Assembly: GCF_032062105.1 (NCBI RefSeq)
Contig: NW_026928881.1
Coordinates: forward strand, 62,001 to 126,000
Source of the DNA: Saccostrea cucullata
Taxonomy: Eukaryota
Length of the DNA stretch: 64,000 bases
Reading direction: 5' to 3'
Part shown: piece by piece, positions 51,469 through 63,475 of the stretch
Layout: each line of letters opens with the position of its first letter
How positions within the stretch are numbered: the stretch's first letter is position 1
Made by a program: the position numbers and the translations under genes
Notes under the pieces: model-generated
Databases searched by the model: none
Seen by the model: only the letters and a program-made list of their open reading frames with translations
Told to the model about the DNA's origin: nothing

Positions 51469-52475
51469 TTTCTATTTCAAGACTAAAATCTAATATTCTT
51501 ACATTTAGAATTCAATAATATTCTTTATAAAATATACAAAAACTTTATACATTTTATTTTTCGGTTGTTTAATTACTTTTCACACATATGTACCTGTGAA
51601 ACAAGAAAGGAGTGCAAGACTAGATTCTGAACCAGGAATCCTGGAATTTAGACAGGCACCTATGAACTAAGCCACATAAATCAGATAAAATACTAATCAA
51701 ACGAACTTGTTCGAACATCGCACAACTTTCCAAACATTAACCTCCACCTTTTCATAAAGAATGACTTTCTCACCTTCATATATTTTTGAGCATGCGGATA
51801 ATATTGACATAGGACATAAACACCTCAGAAAAAATTTGTTATTCTACAGACTTGCTTCTCATTCAAAAGCACCACTCAAAAATGGGGGCTTCGTATAAGT
51901 TGTCATAAAAGTAAACAGAAAGAAAACAGCTGACACTTGTAGGTATTCCAAGTTCTTTATCACAGTAAGTATGTAATTTATGCACAAGATGCTGCAATCA
52001 GCCTTCAAAGTATCGAATAAATTTTGCCAGGCGGTTCCAAGGCCATGAAGATGATTGTATCATCTTTTAAAAAGAAAAGATGAATCGCTTTGATAGCGGA
52101 TACAGAAAGCTCTCATCAGTGTGGCGTACTGTATCATTTATAGATTTTTTCGACAGAGACATGTGCCATTCAAAATAATAAATCATTAATCAGATTGAAT
52201 TGCTGACATTTCATCAGGACAGACAGTGATCTATACAACAGCGTCATGTCTGGAAAAGATACATGAAAATCTGGTACCAGCATATTTGTTCACTTAAACA
52301 AATTTTACGCAAAACGCGTTTCTCTGATTCGTAATCAATTACTCGGTACATGTACGTATATTTACATCACAAATAAACAACCAAGCTGATCATGGCCCAG
52401 TCTGATTTTAGCCAGGTTATTTTTTTTCTGGAATATATTAACTTAATTTGGCGTGTCCAGAGTTTATTGCTTTCT

Positions 52476-53597
52476 TCACGTGCCTGGAACGAGATTTCGC
52501 GCCTGATTCCCCATTTGATTCTGTATCGTGATAAATGACCGGGATGCTTTTACTGTGTCCACCGAGGGCACGATTTTGGAAGACAAATGAGAGGCAACTT
52601 TGTACTTTGTAGCATATTTCACAAGTTTTTGAAAATTATCTCGATTTGACAATTCGCAAAAATCGTCAAATGCACTGACTAGCCTGGTTTTAGAAATTCC
52701 ACACAAGTCCTCTACATTGTTCCTCCTCGGCAATTCAGTTTTTGGGATCGGGGCCCTTTTATTGAATTTACTTTGTTCCAGTAAGAACGCGTTCACTTTC
52801 TTTTGGACTCTAGGCTTCAGATTTTCAATTCGATTTTTTTCTTCTTGATATGGGTCAATTCTTGGTTCCTTTGTATTTTTATTCTCCTCCTTCTCCTTTT
52901 CTGCAAATCTAACGGTTCTGTCTGTGAGCAAGGGATTTGCCGAGTTTCTTCTTTGATCCTTCATTATACCACTGGGCAAGGGTTGTTGGACTGAAGGGAG
53001 ATAACTAGGAATTGGTGTATTGTTTCGACTCGACTTTTGAGACTCAGGCGTACCATCCAGATCATTAACGTAAGCGGAAAACTCTTTTACGCGGTTATGG
53101 GAAGACAGATTCATCGAGGACTTCGCCTGTCGTTGAAACTGTATCCGGGGACTCGGTTCCGGTGTCTGCACTGTAATGGCGGGAAGTAACGTCTCCTCCT
53201 CTCGGGACATAATCCCTACCATGTTAGGCGGAGCCGAGGCTCTAGCATTTGATTCGTCATTGATATCTTTGGTGAGTTTGGTTAAACTAATTGAAAACGA
53301 TCTTCTGCTCAGGACCTGTTGCTTCATGTCCGGGGGAATACTCTGTAGGAATCTTTGAGTTTTAACGAGGTAGAGTTCTTGGTTTCGTTCATCCATATAC
53401 CTTTTCTCAGTCTTATAATTACGAATGGAGGCAGTTCGTTGTTTGTCATATCGTTGTCTGTCTTTTTCGCACCGCATGGAGAGAGTTTTGTTTTTCTTGA
53501 ACAAGAGCTGTGTTTTCTTTGGTTCTAGCATCACTTCCATGTTCAGAGCCCGGTCTTGCCATGTCAGGTCTTGTGTCTTTATCAAAAGGAGTGACAT
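52476..53597 (-). CDS. Uncharacterised 373-aa protein, paralog 2 (RVxF-like RTVRF)
   Basis: Long ORF with an acceptor AG immediately before the ATG; homologous to 36633-37715. Confidence 0.88.
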   Translation of the reverse strand: MSLLLIKTQDLTWQDRALNMEVMLEPKKTQLLFKKNKTLSMRCEKDRQRYDKQRTASIRNYKTEKRYMDERNQELYLVKTQRFLQSIPPDMKQQVLSRRSFSISLTKLTKDINDESNARASAPPNMVGIMSREEETLLPAITVQTPEPSPRIQFQRQAKSSMNLSSHNRVKEFSAYVNDLDGTPESQKSSRNNTPIPSYLPSVQQPLPSGIMKDQRRNSANPLLTDRTVRFAEKEKEENKNTKEPRIDPYQEEKNRIENLKPRVQKKVNAFLLEQSKFNKRAPIPKTELPRRNNVEDLCGISKTRLVSAFDDFCELSNRDNFQKLVKYATKYKVASHLSSKIVPSVDTVKASRSFITIQNQMGNQARNLVPGT

Positions 53598-54686
53598 CTA
53601 TACCGAGAGAAGACAAAATTTGTATATATTAATGTCTCACTTTAAACTTCAATAAATGAAATCGTGAAACCAACCAAGTACAATAATTTCACAAAAAGAA
53701 TGCATTGTGCCAAGGTACTTTTATATAGGTACATGTATGTCAAATTTATCCATATGTATTGCAAAAGAATGCATATCATACCTTAAGTTTCGAAAGGTAC
53801 TCCAAATGTATACAAATTTTTCTTTCCAATCCTAACTTTTGTTCAGTCAAGTCATGATTATGACATTTTCTTCAAATAGTTACCGAAATGGTTCATTCTG
53901 ACTCGCCAACACACACCTTAATAACAATTAGGGATAAAAGGCATTTTAAGCTGGCAAGATCGTGTGTTCTACTTTTTACTGTACCGTTTAATTATTTCAA
54001 TTAATAAATTTCATCCAACTTCGGACCATAAATGGAAAATATATTAAACAGTGCCAAAAACTTACAGGGGGAATTAGTGCACAACGTTCTTTTGCAGGTT
54101 GAAAAGCATTCGATCTCTTTGGATTAATCATACGGATTATGGAATTATTTCACGAGATTTATTAATCTTTGGAATGAAATGCGATCGAATGTTATTGTCA
54201 ATTTGGATTTCTCGGTCCGGTGGTGTAAATTTTCTTTTGTTTAGATGTGTGTGTCAATCAACAGCCAGGTTTTTTCGTTATAATAAGGTGTCAGAAGACT
54301 GGGTTAGGTCAACGAAGGATTTACTTGTAGGTCAGATTAAGGGACAATTTTTATTATTACATCATTTTATAACAGATTGTATTCCAACTGGCCCTTACTG
54401 ATCGATTTTTGCTTTACATACATTTTCAGTATTACTGTCAACACCATGCACTTGCAGTAGTTCAACATACATGCATGTATTTGTATTAAAGCACAAAATA
54501 CAAGATATTCCGCTATAACATTAACATTACTTAGAATAATATACTAGTACGTGTATATGAAATACAAAATATATTATGTTATAAGCTTATTTTATTTAAA
54601 TAAATAACAGAGTTCCTTTAGGAAAAATGAAAATGCATTGATTAAATAATTGCAAAAAAAAGCATTGAGTTCTCACTTTGATTCTT

Positions 54687-56405
54687 TTAATCGGATTTGA
54701 ATGTTCGGGTTAAATACTTCTTCTGCAATATAATGATAAGGCTTCCAAAGTTGGCCCTCGCGGGCATGGTTGTACTGTAGGTGTACTCAGTCCAATTTTT
54801 GTCGGGGTTCAAGAAGACTATCTTCTGACTGATTGCATTTCCACTTTCACCGCCGACCAATAGCAATCCCCCTTTTCTATGAAGTGCGCCAAATCGTCGT
54901 CTGTTGAAGTACTTCATAGTGTGAACACATTTCGCTTCTCCTTGGTCAGACATTTCTAAAATTGAGCCATCAGTGCAAACAATGTAGATGTGCTTATCAC
55001 AGACCACGGTTTTTGTTAATTTACATGGAGATGGAAGAAAAGATACAACAGAGCTTGTTGAAAGACGCGTGTCGAAACACTGGATGTGATTTGAATCCTT
55101 ATCATCCATAAGTATTCCACCGTAGATATATATTTTCTCTTTAGATACGGCAGCCGACATAGAGCGCACTGCGTGTATCATGTCACCTGCTTTCCGCCAG
55201 GTTCGCGCGTTGATCAGATATTCCTCCACCGAAGAAAGAGTGCGCTTGCTTTCATCTTTGATTGTGTCGTCATATCCTCCGAGGACGAATATACTTTCGC
55301 AGACTGCGACCATAACATGTCTTCTTCTGCCCTGAACAGGCGATGTACACCTATACCAATCATTATTTTCTGCGCGGTACCGAAGCAGACAGTCGAGTTT
55401 CTGAGATCCTCCAGAAACGAATATATCATTACCATAGACGATAGACGCAAACTCCCGACCGAGCTGAATCGGTATGGGAGTGAGAAAGAACCACTTGGCT
55501 TGGAGAAAACTATACGCCAACATATCGACAACCTTTTCTCCTACCGCATTATATCCCCCAATGACGATGAGAACGTCCTCAACAGAGGCATACTTTCGGA
55601 AGGCCACTCGAGGAGAATTTAGGTCCCATCGTCTTGAAGGCAACATTTGATACTGGATTGCTTCTTTGACGATCTCTCTGCAACGCGAATTTTCGTTCAC
55701 GATATCCAACGGTTCCACCTCATGAAGAAGATATTCAGAACCGAGCAGAGGAAGTCGGAGATATTCGAAAAGATGGATCGTGTCCTGTTTCCTCCCCTCC
55801 GGATCCGCCCCAAACCACCTAAATACAGAGTCGCAAACCAGCTCCTCGCTACTTATGTGCAAGTCATCGTGGGTTATTATTTCTATCAAATCATCTTTAT
55901 CAAGACACTGAAAATCTTCAGAGCGACATATGTCTTGAAAATTGTACATAATTATCCCCCAGGCTTTCTCTGATAATTTGGGACATTCGTGAGATTTCGC
56001 TAACTTCCAAGCCCCAATACAGTTTTCGTTGTTAACGTTTTCTAGTAAAAACTGTTCGCATTTTGAGTGCAGTTGTTTGATTTGGAAAAGGGCACTTGCT
56101 TTCAGAAGCTCCTCTGCATTGGCTTTTGTTACAACTTTAGATCCTGCGTAAATAAATTTCACAATGCTCTCAAAGTTTTCTTTGGATACTCCATGTAAAG
56201 TCACTATTCCATCGATACTTTCTTTCATTCCTGACGAAAACATGGCGTCGAAATATGGAGACACGGCAGCGAGAAGCGTTCTATGACACCGGAAGGTCCT
56301 GTCGTCCACGATGACATCAACATCAGTGTGTCGGCTCTCTCTGTACATTTCTTCAAAAGCACCATGAATAAGCAAGGCAATGTCGCTTCTCCACGAGTCC
56401 TCCAT
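54687..56405 (-). CDS. Kelch-like protein (BTB-BACK-Kelch, KLHL24-like), 572 aa, single coding exon
   Basis: BTB: TDVDVIV..FRCHRTLLAAVSPYFDAMFSSGMKES. BACK: NCIG..EDFQCL..SEELVCDSVFRW..LRLPLL. Kelch GG-Y-W repeats. Acceptor ttctctgcag at 56420-56421 puts the true start at MEDSW. Confidence 0.93.
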   Translation of the reverse strand: MEDSWRSDIALLIHGAFEEMYRESRHTDVDVIVDDRTFRCHRTLLAAVSPYFDAMFSSGMKESIDGIVTLHGVSKENFESIVKFIYAGSKVVTKANAEELLKASALFQIKQLHSKCEQFLLENVNNENCIGAWKLAKSHECPKLSEKAWGIIMYNFQDICRSEDFQCLDKDDLIEIITHDDLHISSEELVCDSVFRWFGADPEGRKQDTIHLFEYLRLPLLGSEYLLHEVEPLDIVNENSRCREIVKEAIQYQMLPSRRWDLNSPRVAFRKYASVEDVLIVIGGYNAVGEKVVDMLAYSFLQAKWFFLTPIPIQLGREFASIVYGNDIFVSGGSQKLDCLLRYRAENNDWYRCTSPVQGRRRHVMVAVCESIFVLGGYDDTIKDESKRTLSSVEEYLINARTWRKAGDMIHAVRSMSAAVSKEKIYIYGGILMDDKDSNHIQCFDTRLSTSSVVSFLPSPCKLTKTVVCDKHIYIVCTDGSILEMSDQGEAKCVHTMKYFNRRRFGALHRKGGLLLVGGESGNAISQKIVFLNPDKNWTEYTYSTTMPARANFGSLIIILQKKYLTRTFKSD

Positions 56406-58772
56406 TTTATTTTGATTTCCTGCAGAGAAAATAAAAGCAATCAACTGCCACTTCATATAAATATACCAGAATCAGAAATAATTACTACGGGTGCGTAGAA
56501 ATTAATGTACATTTATTGTTCCAAGATGGATAATTTATTTGAATTGTTACCAATGACAACATTTGAAACATCATCTATGAATGTGTTATCTCTGATTGCC
56601 ATCCTAAATATTTCAAATAGAATTGATTAATTGCGGGGCGGAAATGACAGGATCTGCAATGCTACACAAGGTCTTGCATGTTTATGTGTAGTAATGACAC
56701 GATAATCAGCCGCAAATTGATAATCAATAGGATAAACATTGTCATCAGATTAGAGGTGATCCAAATTTCTCAAATTAGAAGTCGACAAACTTCATCCTAA
56801 TCCAAATCTAGTTTCAATGGGATTGTATGTAGAGTATAATTGGAAACGGCAGGTGTGTGTCTGATTTGATTTTTCTAACGCTAAAGTCTATTGATATTGA
56901 TATTTTTTTTTCAATGTTGTAGTTTTTGATTGACAAAATTTCAGAGAGGTTTTTCTTTTTAAAATGCCCATCCTTCTCGTTATTCCGGACTAAACAAATT
57001 TGTCCACGCATTCATAGTCTAATTAGCGCAGATATGACGTAATCCCGTGTCATATTGACATTGAATATTGACATTTAATCATTGAATACTCCCTCTGAAG
57101 CGCTTTCAAAATACTTTAAACACTTATTTTCATCTGCTTCATTAAGGCGGAATCAATATACTCGAGAAAGTGTAAAGGATGTACGGATAAATTTACTATA
57201 TCTATGCACTTTTAGGAATAAATCTTAACGATTCCATACATTATAATTCATATTGCATTCCTTTTCAAAGAATTTTGATAAAAAATTATTAGAACTCTAA
57301 ATATATACATAAGGTGGAATCTGGTGGACTGATTCTGGGCTTTAGAGCAAGTTTTTGTCCGTAACTCTCTTTTTCGTGCCCCCATAATCTACGAGTCGGG
57401 CAATATAGTTTTTGCTGTCCGTCCGACTTTTTTCTGTCTGTTTATGTATAAAGGCAAGGGTAGGTTTGGAAAAATCTTCAGCTGTCTGCAATTTTATGTT
57501 AACTTGAGCTGTTAAACAACTCGTATGTCTGCCTCGACTCCCAATGGATTTGAAGTAATTCGATGCTTTGAATTTTAAATGAACATCCTTAAATGTATTA
57601 AAAACACGTCAATACCATGTTCTCTCTGTTGTTAATAAAACATAAAATGTTTGACTAAAATTTAGCAATTCGACATAATCAAAGGTGAACTGGAAATCCT
57701 CAGGAACAGCTGTGGATGTTACAAATGATGAACATTATCTTTAAAAAATTATAATAACGCTGCTCATATTACTATATTGAAATAAATTTTAAATAAACAA
57801 CAACAGAACAAGGATTCTGTAAATAACGGGCTTCAATATAATTTCAATAGAATTCTTGACATTAGATTGAAACCGAACTGATCAGAAAGTGTTTCGAATC
57901 AATATACAGCCAGCAGCCATTTAATCAGGTGATTCTCAAATAAGAATGCAACAAATACACTCGATATTGTTTATAGAATATTTAGCATCTTGGCGTGAAA
58001 ACTGTTGAAGAGGAAGGTGGTATTTTAAAAAAATTACCAATAGCATGTTTTACTCACAACTGTTTAGCAGAAAGTTTCCTTGTTGTCTTCAGTTCCGAAA
58101 GAACGGGTTTCTGTTGTTCAATCCATCGAGGCCATCTCGATCAGCACCATGCTAAATATGGAATATTTACCCGAGTATTTAGTTGAAATGTGAAAATTAC
58201 CCGTGATAACAGGCAGTGTATAGTTATATATAATATATACAGCGGAAAAGCGATCGATTCCTGCAACAAGTTCACGAAAATAATCAAAGAGGAATTTCCC
58301 AATGCATGTAGTTGTTTCAAACAATGGAAAAGCATCGATTTAAGTCGGATGTTAAAAAAATAGAACGAAAAACCAAGAGATGATTCATTTACGACCGAGA
58401 AAAAACAAATAACCGTCATATTCGAGTTCAAAAGACAAAAGCTTTTCCCCTAAACCATTGATCCATAATATTCCGTTCGATGTTTTGAGCAAAACGTCAA
58501 TACGCTCCGCAGCCTAGTTTCAAAGATACTTGTTTGAATAAGATTAGTCGGAAAACAATTTCCTTTTTATCTATGTCAACGCAGGAGGGTTTAATCAAAT
58601 ATTAATAAAGTATTTTTGTATATTGAACTTTCAAATTAAAAACCGTGTTAACGAGATAACATCTATTGGGGGTATTTACAGAAAGGTTAAAATGCACGTT
58701 TATGGATAAAATTGTATGTTAATTTTTATTATAAAAAAAAAGATTTTTTATCAAGATATTAGGCAGCAAGTA

Positions 58773-59819
58773 CGAGGGCCGTTCAAAAATTACGCGGACT
58801 GGGCTATTATTTACTCTTACAGACGTCATATAGTTATGAAATTTCACAGAAATATGTATCTTTAAGATTCCAATAAATTTCTGTATTTTAAAAATATTCT
58901 ACGAAAATTATCGGTATGTTGATATCGCTGATGGAGAGGTACGGAGCACGGCAAAAAATTTAAAGCAAAAGTATGCGGAATCTAAAATTTAACTCATTAA
59001 TTTTTCTATGATTCACGATATTTTTCGACACTTTTCTCAAATGTATCTTTAAATTGTTCTATTATTATGTATTTAGATTTCTGACGTGATATTTGTGGTA
59101 TTTACAGAAATATAGTGATTTTTCTCCGATGCGATTCCCGTGAAAACGACTGTGAAAATGACGTCTCCTTGAATTGACGGCGCACCACACTTGTGTTAAA
59201 TTATGTGTATTGCTCAAGATATCGCCAACATAGATCCAAAATATGCATAATAAAACATGTAGTAAACTAGGGTATTCATGACATTCGTCCACAAATAGCA
59301 AATTGAAATTTTAGACAGAGCTCTGTAAAAAAGGCTATACGGGAGGACGGGAAGAAGATTATCGACGAAAACTTTATCCGGACTGTAAAGAACGTGATTG
59401 AGAGTCACCAATATCACACTATATCTCATAAATACCTGCAGTTTTTGGTTTTAAAACAAAAAAGAATATTCTTGACTTGTTTAATAGATTTTAAGGTTGA
59501 CAAGAAATGGTGTTTGGATATTGAGTAGATAAGGTCAATCAATTAATGTACAGGTACTCTTGGGAAAATGTTGAGAAAATGAAACCTTAATCATATATAT
59601 TTTTATAATGCCTGTGACGTCGAAGATTTTGCTGCTCCGTGACTTAATGATATGTCCTGATAAATCACTCAAAATTGATACAAATTTACAACATTTTGAT
59701 ATGAAATTTTGAAGACCATAAGTAAAGATTCTTTTACATTATGTGTGACATTTTGCCCGATTATGTCGTCAAATATTTTTTCTGTGCAACAAGTCCGCTT
59801 AATTTTTGAACGGCCCTCG
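58773..59819. mobile_element. mariner-type non-autonomous element
   Basis: TA-CGAGGGCCGTTCAAAAATTACGCGGACT ... AGTCCGCTTAATTTTTGAACGGCCCTCG-TA. Confidence 0.9.
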
Positions 59820-59854
59820 TATTGTATATGTATAATATGTTGACGGTGCGACCG

Positions 59855-60159
59855 TTAGAGCGAGCACAAACTCCTCTATTGTTAAAATTTAGATCGGGCT
59901 CGTCAAACCGCACGTGACATTTGGTGCGTCTAGACTCTGACGTCACATGACGTCGTATGTAAGTTACAAATTAGCCATTGGCCGTCATTCTCGCGAGAAC
60001 GCAACTTTGCTAAGTGATGCATTGTGGGTCAAAATTACTGCAGCAAAAAATTCTAAAGAATGAATGTGCAGTAGTCCGAATTTTCTCTTCGCCCAGGCGT
60101 TGTCGCTAGAGCTCGCAGTTACGAGCGTCGCTTCGCGACGCTCCCTGCGCTCGCTTTAA
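59855..60159. promoter_or_regulatory. GC-rich element with clustered promoter motifs and terminal hairpin
   Basis: CACGTG 59911, TGACGTCA 59938, ATTGG 59977, TTCTCGCGAGAA 59988, TGCATTGTGGG 60018; hairpin GAGCGTCGC-TTC-GCGACGCTC at 60123-60143. Confidence 0.5.
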
Positions 60160-60807
60160 GTGTAATCAAGGATAGATTTAAAAATCATTTCTGTAGTCTT
60201 TGTTCAGTGAAGTAAAATTTAATAATTCATACAGGCTACAAACATTGGATGCATCTTAGGGCTTATTTTTGGTTGGAATCATAACATTTTAATATGTATA
60301 TTCTATATACACTTAATGAATATAGAATAATTGTTTACAGTTGCTATTAAATATTGTACCAATTAACATTTTTGTTAGCCATTGCTTTGAATCAGCTCCT
60401 AAATACTGTATGAAGCGTATATCCAAACTTGGAATAAATATTAATGAAGCCGGCTTGTCCCAGTTTCTTAACCTTTCGATTCCTTGTGACAATGACAATG
60501 ACGTAGACTGTGCTAATTCATTGTGAATGGGATTTCACACTCTGATTCAATAGAATCTGTTTTAATCAATAATTCCCATTATTTTGTTAATTAGTAATAG
60601 AACCTCGCTGATCAACCTTCCCAAAATCAAACTACACAGGCACTTGACGTTACACATAATTTTCAATTTTGAAACAAAAAAGATTTAAATCCTTACCTAA
60701 TATTAATCTTATGAGACATGGAGTTATATTTATAATATAAGAACAATATGTAGCGTCAAATATGTATTTTAACAGTTTGACACAGAAATACGAGGGAAAT
60801 TATCGAA

Positions 60808-61894
60808 TTTTTATACCCCCCGCAAACGAAGTTTGGGGGGTATATAGGAATCACCTTGTCCGTCTGTCTGTCTGTCCGTCTGTCCGTCTGTCCGTCTGTC
60901 TGTCTGTCCGTCTGTCCGTCTGTCTGTGCAATCGTGTCCGGTCCATATCTTTCTTACAGAGGGACATTAGAATCTACTACTCCACATTAAGATTGCTCAT
61001 AACCTAAGGGTGTGTCATGACCTTGACCCAAAGTCATTTGGGGAAGTTCAAGGTCACTGGAAGAAAAATTTCATAATTCGTGTCCGGTCCATATCTTTCT
61101 TATGGATAAACTTGGTAGGTTCTCATTTCACACAAAGATTGCCCATGACCCAAGGGTGTGTTATGACCTTGACCCAAGGTCATTTGGGGAAGTTCAAGGT
61201 CACTGGGAGAAAAATTTCAAAATTCATGTTTGACACATATCTTTTATGGATAAGCTTGGTAGGTTCTCATTTCACACAAAGATTGCCCATGACCCAAGGG
61301 TGTGTCATGACCTTGACCCAAGGTCATTTGGGGAAGTTCAAGGTCACTGGAAGAAAAATTTCATAATTCGTGTCCGGTCTATATCTTTCTTATGGATAAA
61401 CTTGGTAGGTTTTCATTTCACATAAAGATTGCCCATGACCCAAGGGTGTGTCATGACCTTGACCCAAGGTCATGTGGGGAAGTTCAAGGTCACTGGTAGA
61501 AAAATTTAATAATTCGTGTCCGGTCCATATCTTTCTTAAGGATAAACTTGGTAGGTTTTCATTTCATACAAAGATTACCCATGACCCAAGGGTGTGTCAT
61601 GACCTTGACCCAAGGTCATGTGGGGAAGTTCAAGGTCACTGGTAGAAAAATTTAATAATTCGTGTCCGTTCCATATCTTTCTTATGGATAAACTTGGTAG
61701 GTTCTTATTTCACTCAAAGATTGCCCATGACCCAAGGGTGTGTCCTGACCTTGACCCAAGGTCATTTGGGGAAGTTCAAGGTCACTGGAAGAAAAATTTT
61801 ATAATTCGTGTTTGATACATATCTTTATTATACAAAAACTTACTTCTGAAAAACCCAGCGGGGGGTATTTTGTCCCGATTGGACAGTTCTAGTT
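60808..61894 (+). mobile_element. Helentron-type HINE carrying ~6 copies of a ~146-bp satellite
   Basis: SubTIR ATACCCCCCGC / GCGGGGGGTAT, (GTCC/GTCT)n at 60858-60925, monomers starting ~60933, 61079, 61225, 61369, 61515 and 61661, 3' hairpin TGTCC..GGACA then CTAGTT. Confidence 0.88.
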
Positions 61895-62464
61895 TAATAT
61901 TGAAAGAGTTCATAAAAAAGAATAGGAAAATATACCCCGCGGATCACGTTTCCATTTAAAATTAAAGTTTTATAAACAAACTCGAAGCATGGTCGATGTC
62001 CATTTTACAATGTAGTAGTGTTATGTTTTTTAAAAAATACCAGTTTATCTCTTTTTGGCCTACAAAAGTGTTTAATTAATATGCTGAATTAATTTTTAAG
62101 GGATTTCTTCATCAGTAGTAATTTCAAATACATTTATGTGTATGCCCTCATTTTGAATATTAGTTCATCGTCAGCTCATATGCCTTGACTCATTACTTGC
62201 CCACAATATTTTTATTGATAGCGATTTATTTAAATTACATCACCATTACAAAACCTTTATACGAAGGTGTAAAATGTAAAAATTTAAAACAACAAACATA
62301 TGATTTTAACAAGAATATATAAAGTTAATGACTGATAGATCTGTGAACTAAAGAGACAAAGAAATGATTTAAAAAAAAAACAGATGCACAAAATAATGAT
62401 AATAAAATGGGAAACAGAATGAAAAGTGAAGACATAGTATAAAACCGATCAATGGGAAATTTTC

Positions 62465-62705
62465 TTTGTTTGTATGTTGTTTAACGTTCCTCTCGAGAAT
62501 GTTATACTCATATATGGAGACGCCACCACTTGGCACTTGCCGATGGAGGGCAGGAAATTTTGACCTATACTCGGCACACAGGGCCATTGGGCAATGAGGA
62601 ATCTTGTTCGTGCCAGCATCTAAATATACTGCGACATGGGACCTCGGTTAACAACCCTTCACTACGCTGCTCTAGAGCAGACGCTCTACTTCTGCGCCAC
62701 GCAGG
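62465..62705 (-). mobile_element. tRNA-SINE copy with internal deletion
   Basis: ttaacgttcctctcgagaat...cgtgccagca...ctagagcagacgctctacttctgcgccacgc. Confidence 0.8.
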
Positions 62706-63475
62706 CAACTCAGTGAGAAATAAGCGGGATGTGAAAAAAAAATTGACAAACACTGGGACAAGGTCCAGTTGGCAATTTCACTAGTTGATAGTTTCACAGA
62801 AAGGTTGGTTGCCCCCCTTTCCCATCCTTCCCTAACGAAATAGCTAGGATTCGTTTCAAGTTTGGATAATTTATTTATTTTCATTTTTCTGGCTCCTCCC
62901 TGCGACTTTCCAAAATGATGTTATGTCAAACGAAGTAAACGTGTACGTGTCTATCAGTAATGACAATCAGTAAATCTCTAAAGAGTGATCACAGTTATGG
63001 GGAGTGAATTCTTGAGATAAAACGTAAACAAGCCCCAGATTAACCTACTTTCACTTTGCGACCACAATCATCTCAACTGTACAAGTTTAGATTTTGACCT
63101 CAGGTAATCATTGTTTTATTGCTATATTGAACAGATACATCCATATTATTTTGTAAATGAGAATGTCACTCTATTGTTTCCAAGATTTTCTAGGCTTAGT
63201 GCTCATGGCTTGCATAGACGGCTGTATCTGGGGGGAGAGACGTAATTAACGTCAACTGAGTGTTAAGATATTGTATTATGTTAATCCTCTGGCTTATTGG
63301 TAGTATAGAAAAAAAGAATGCATTGGGCGATTTATTATTATTTGAGAAAGAAAATTCGTTATGATTAAGAATAAATTTGCTCAAAATCACCGCGTATACC
63401 TCTTCATTTGTCTGCAGGTGCGCACAGCCAACACACATTTATATCAATTTTTTTCTCATTTCAGAGAAGAACAAG

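Noticed and set aside
56406-56456. N-terminal extension MKWQLIAFIFSAG of the kelch ORF (signal-peptide-like)
   Set aside because: It spans a polypyrimidine tract and acceptor; the true start is probably MEDSW at 56405.
55173-56498. Antisense and overlapping ORFs over the kelch gene
   Set aside because: Shadow ORFs of a GC-richer coding exon, with no motifs.
60933-61815. CRISPR-like array or repeat-protein ORFs
   Set aside because: Head-to-tail satellite monomers without unique spacers, no cas genes, eukaryotic context.
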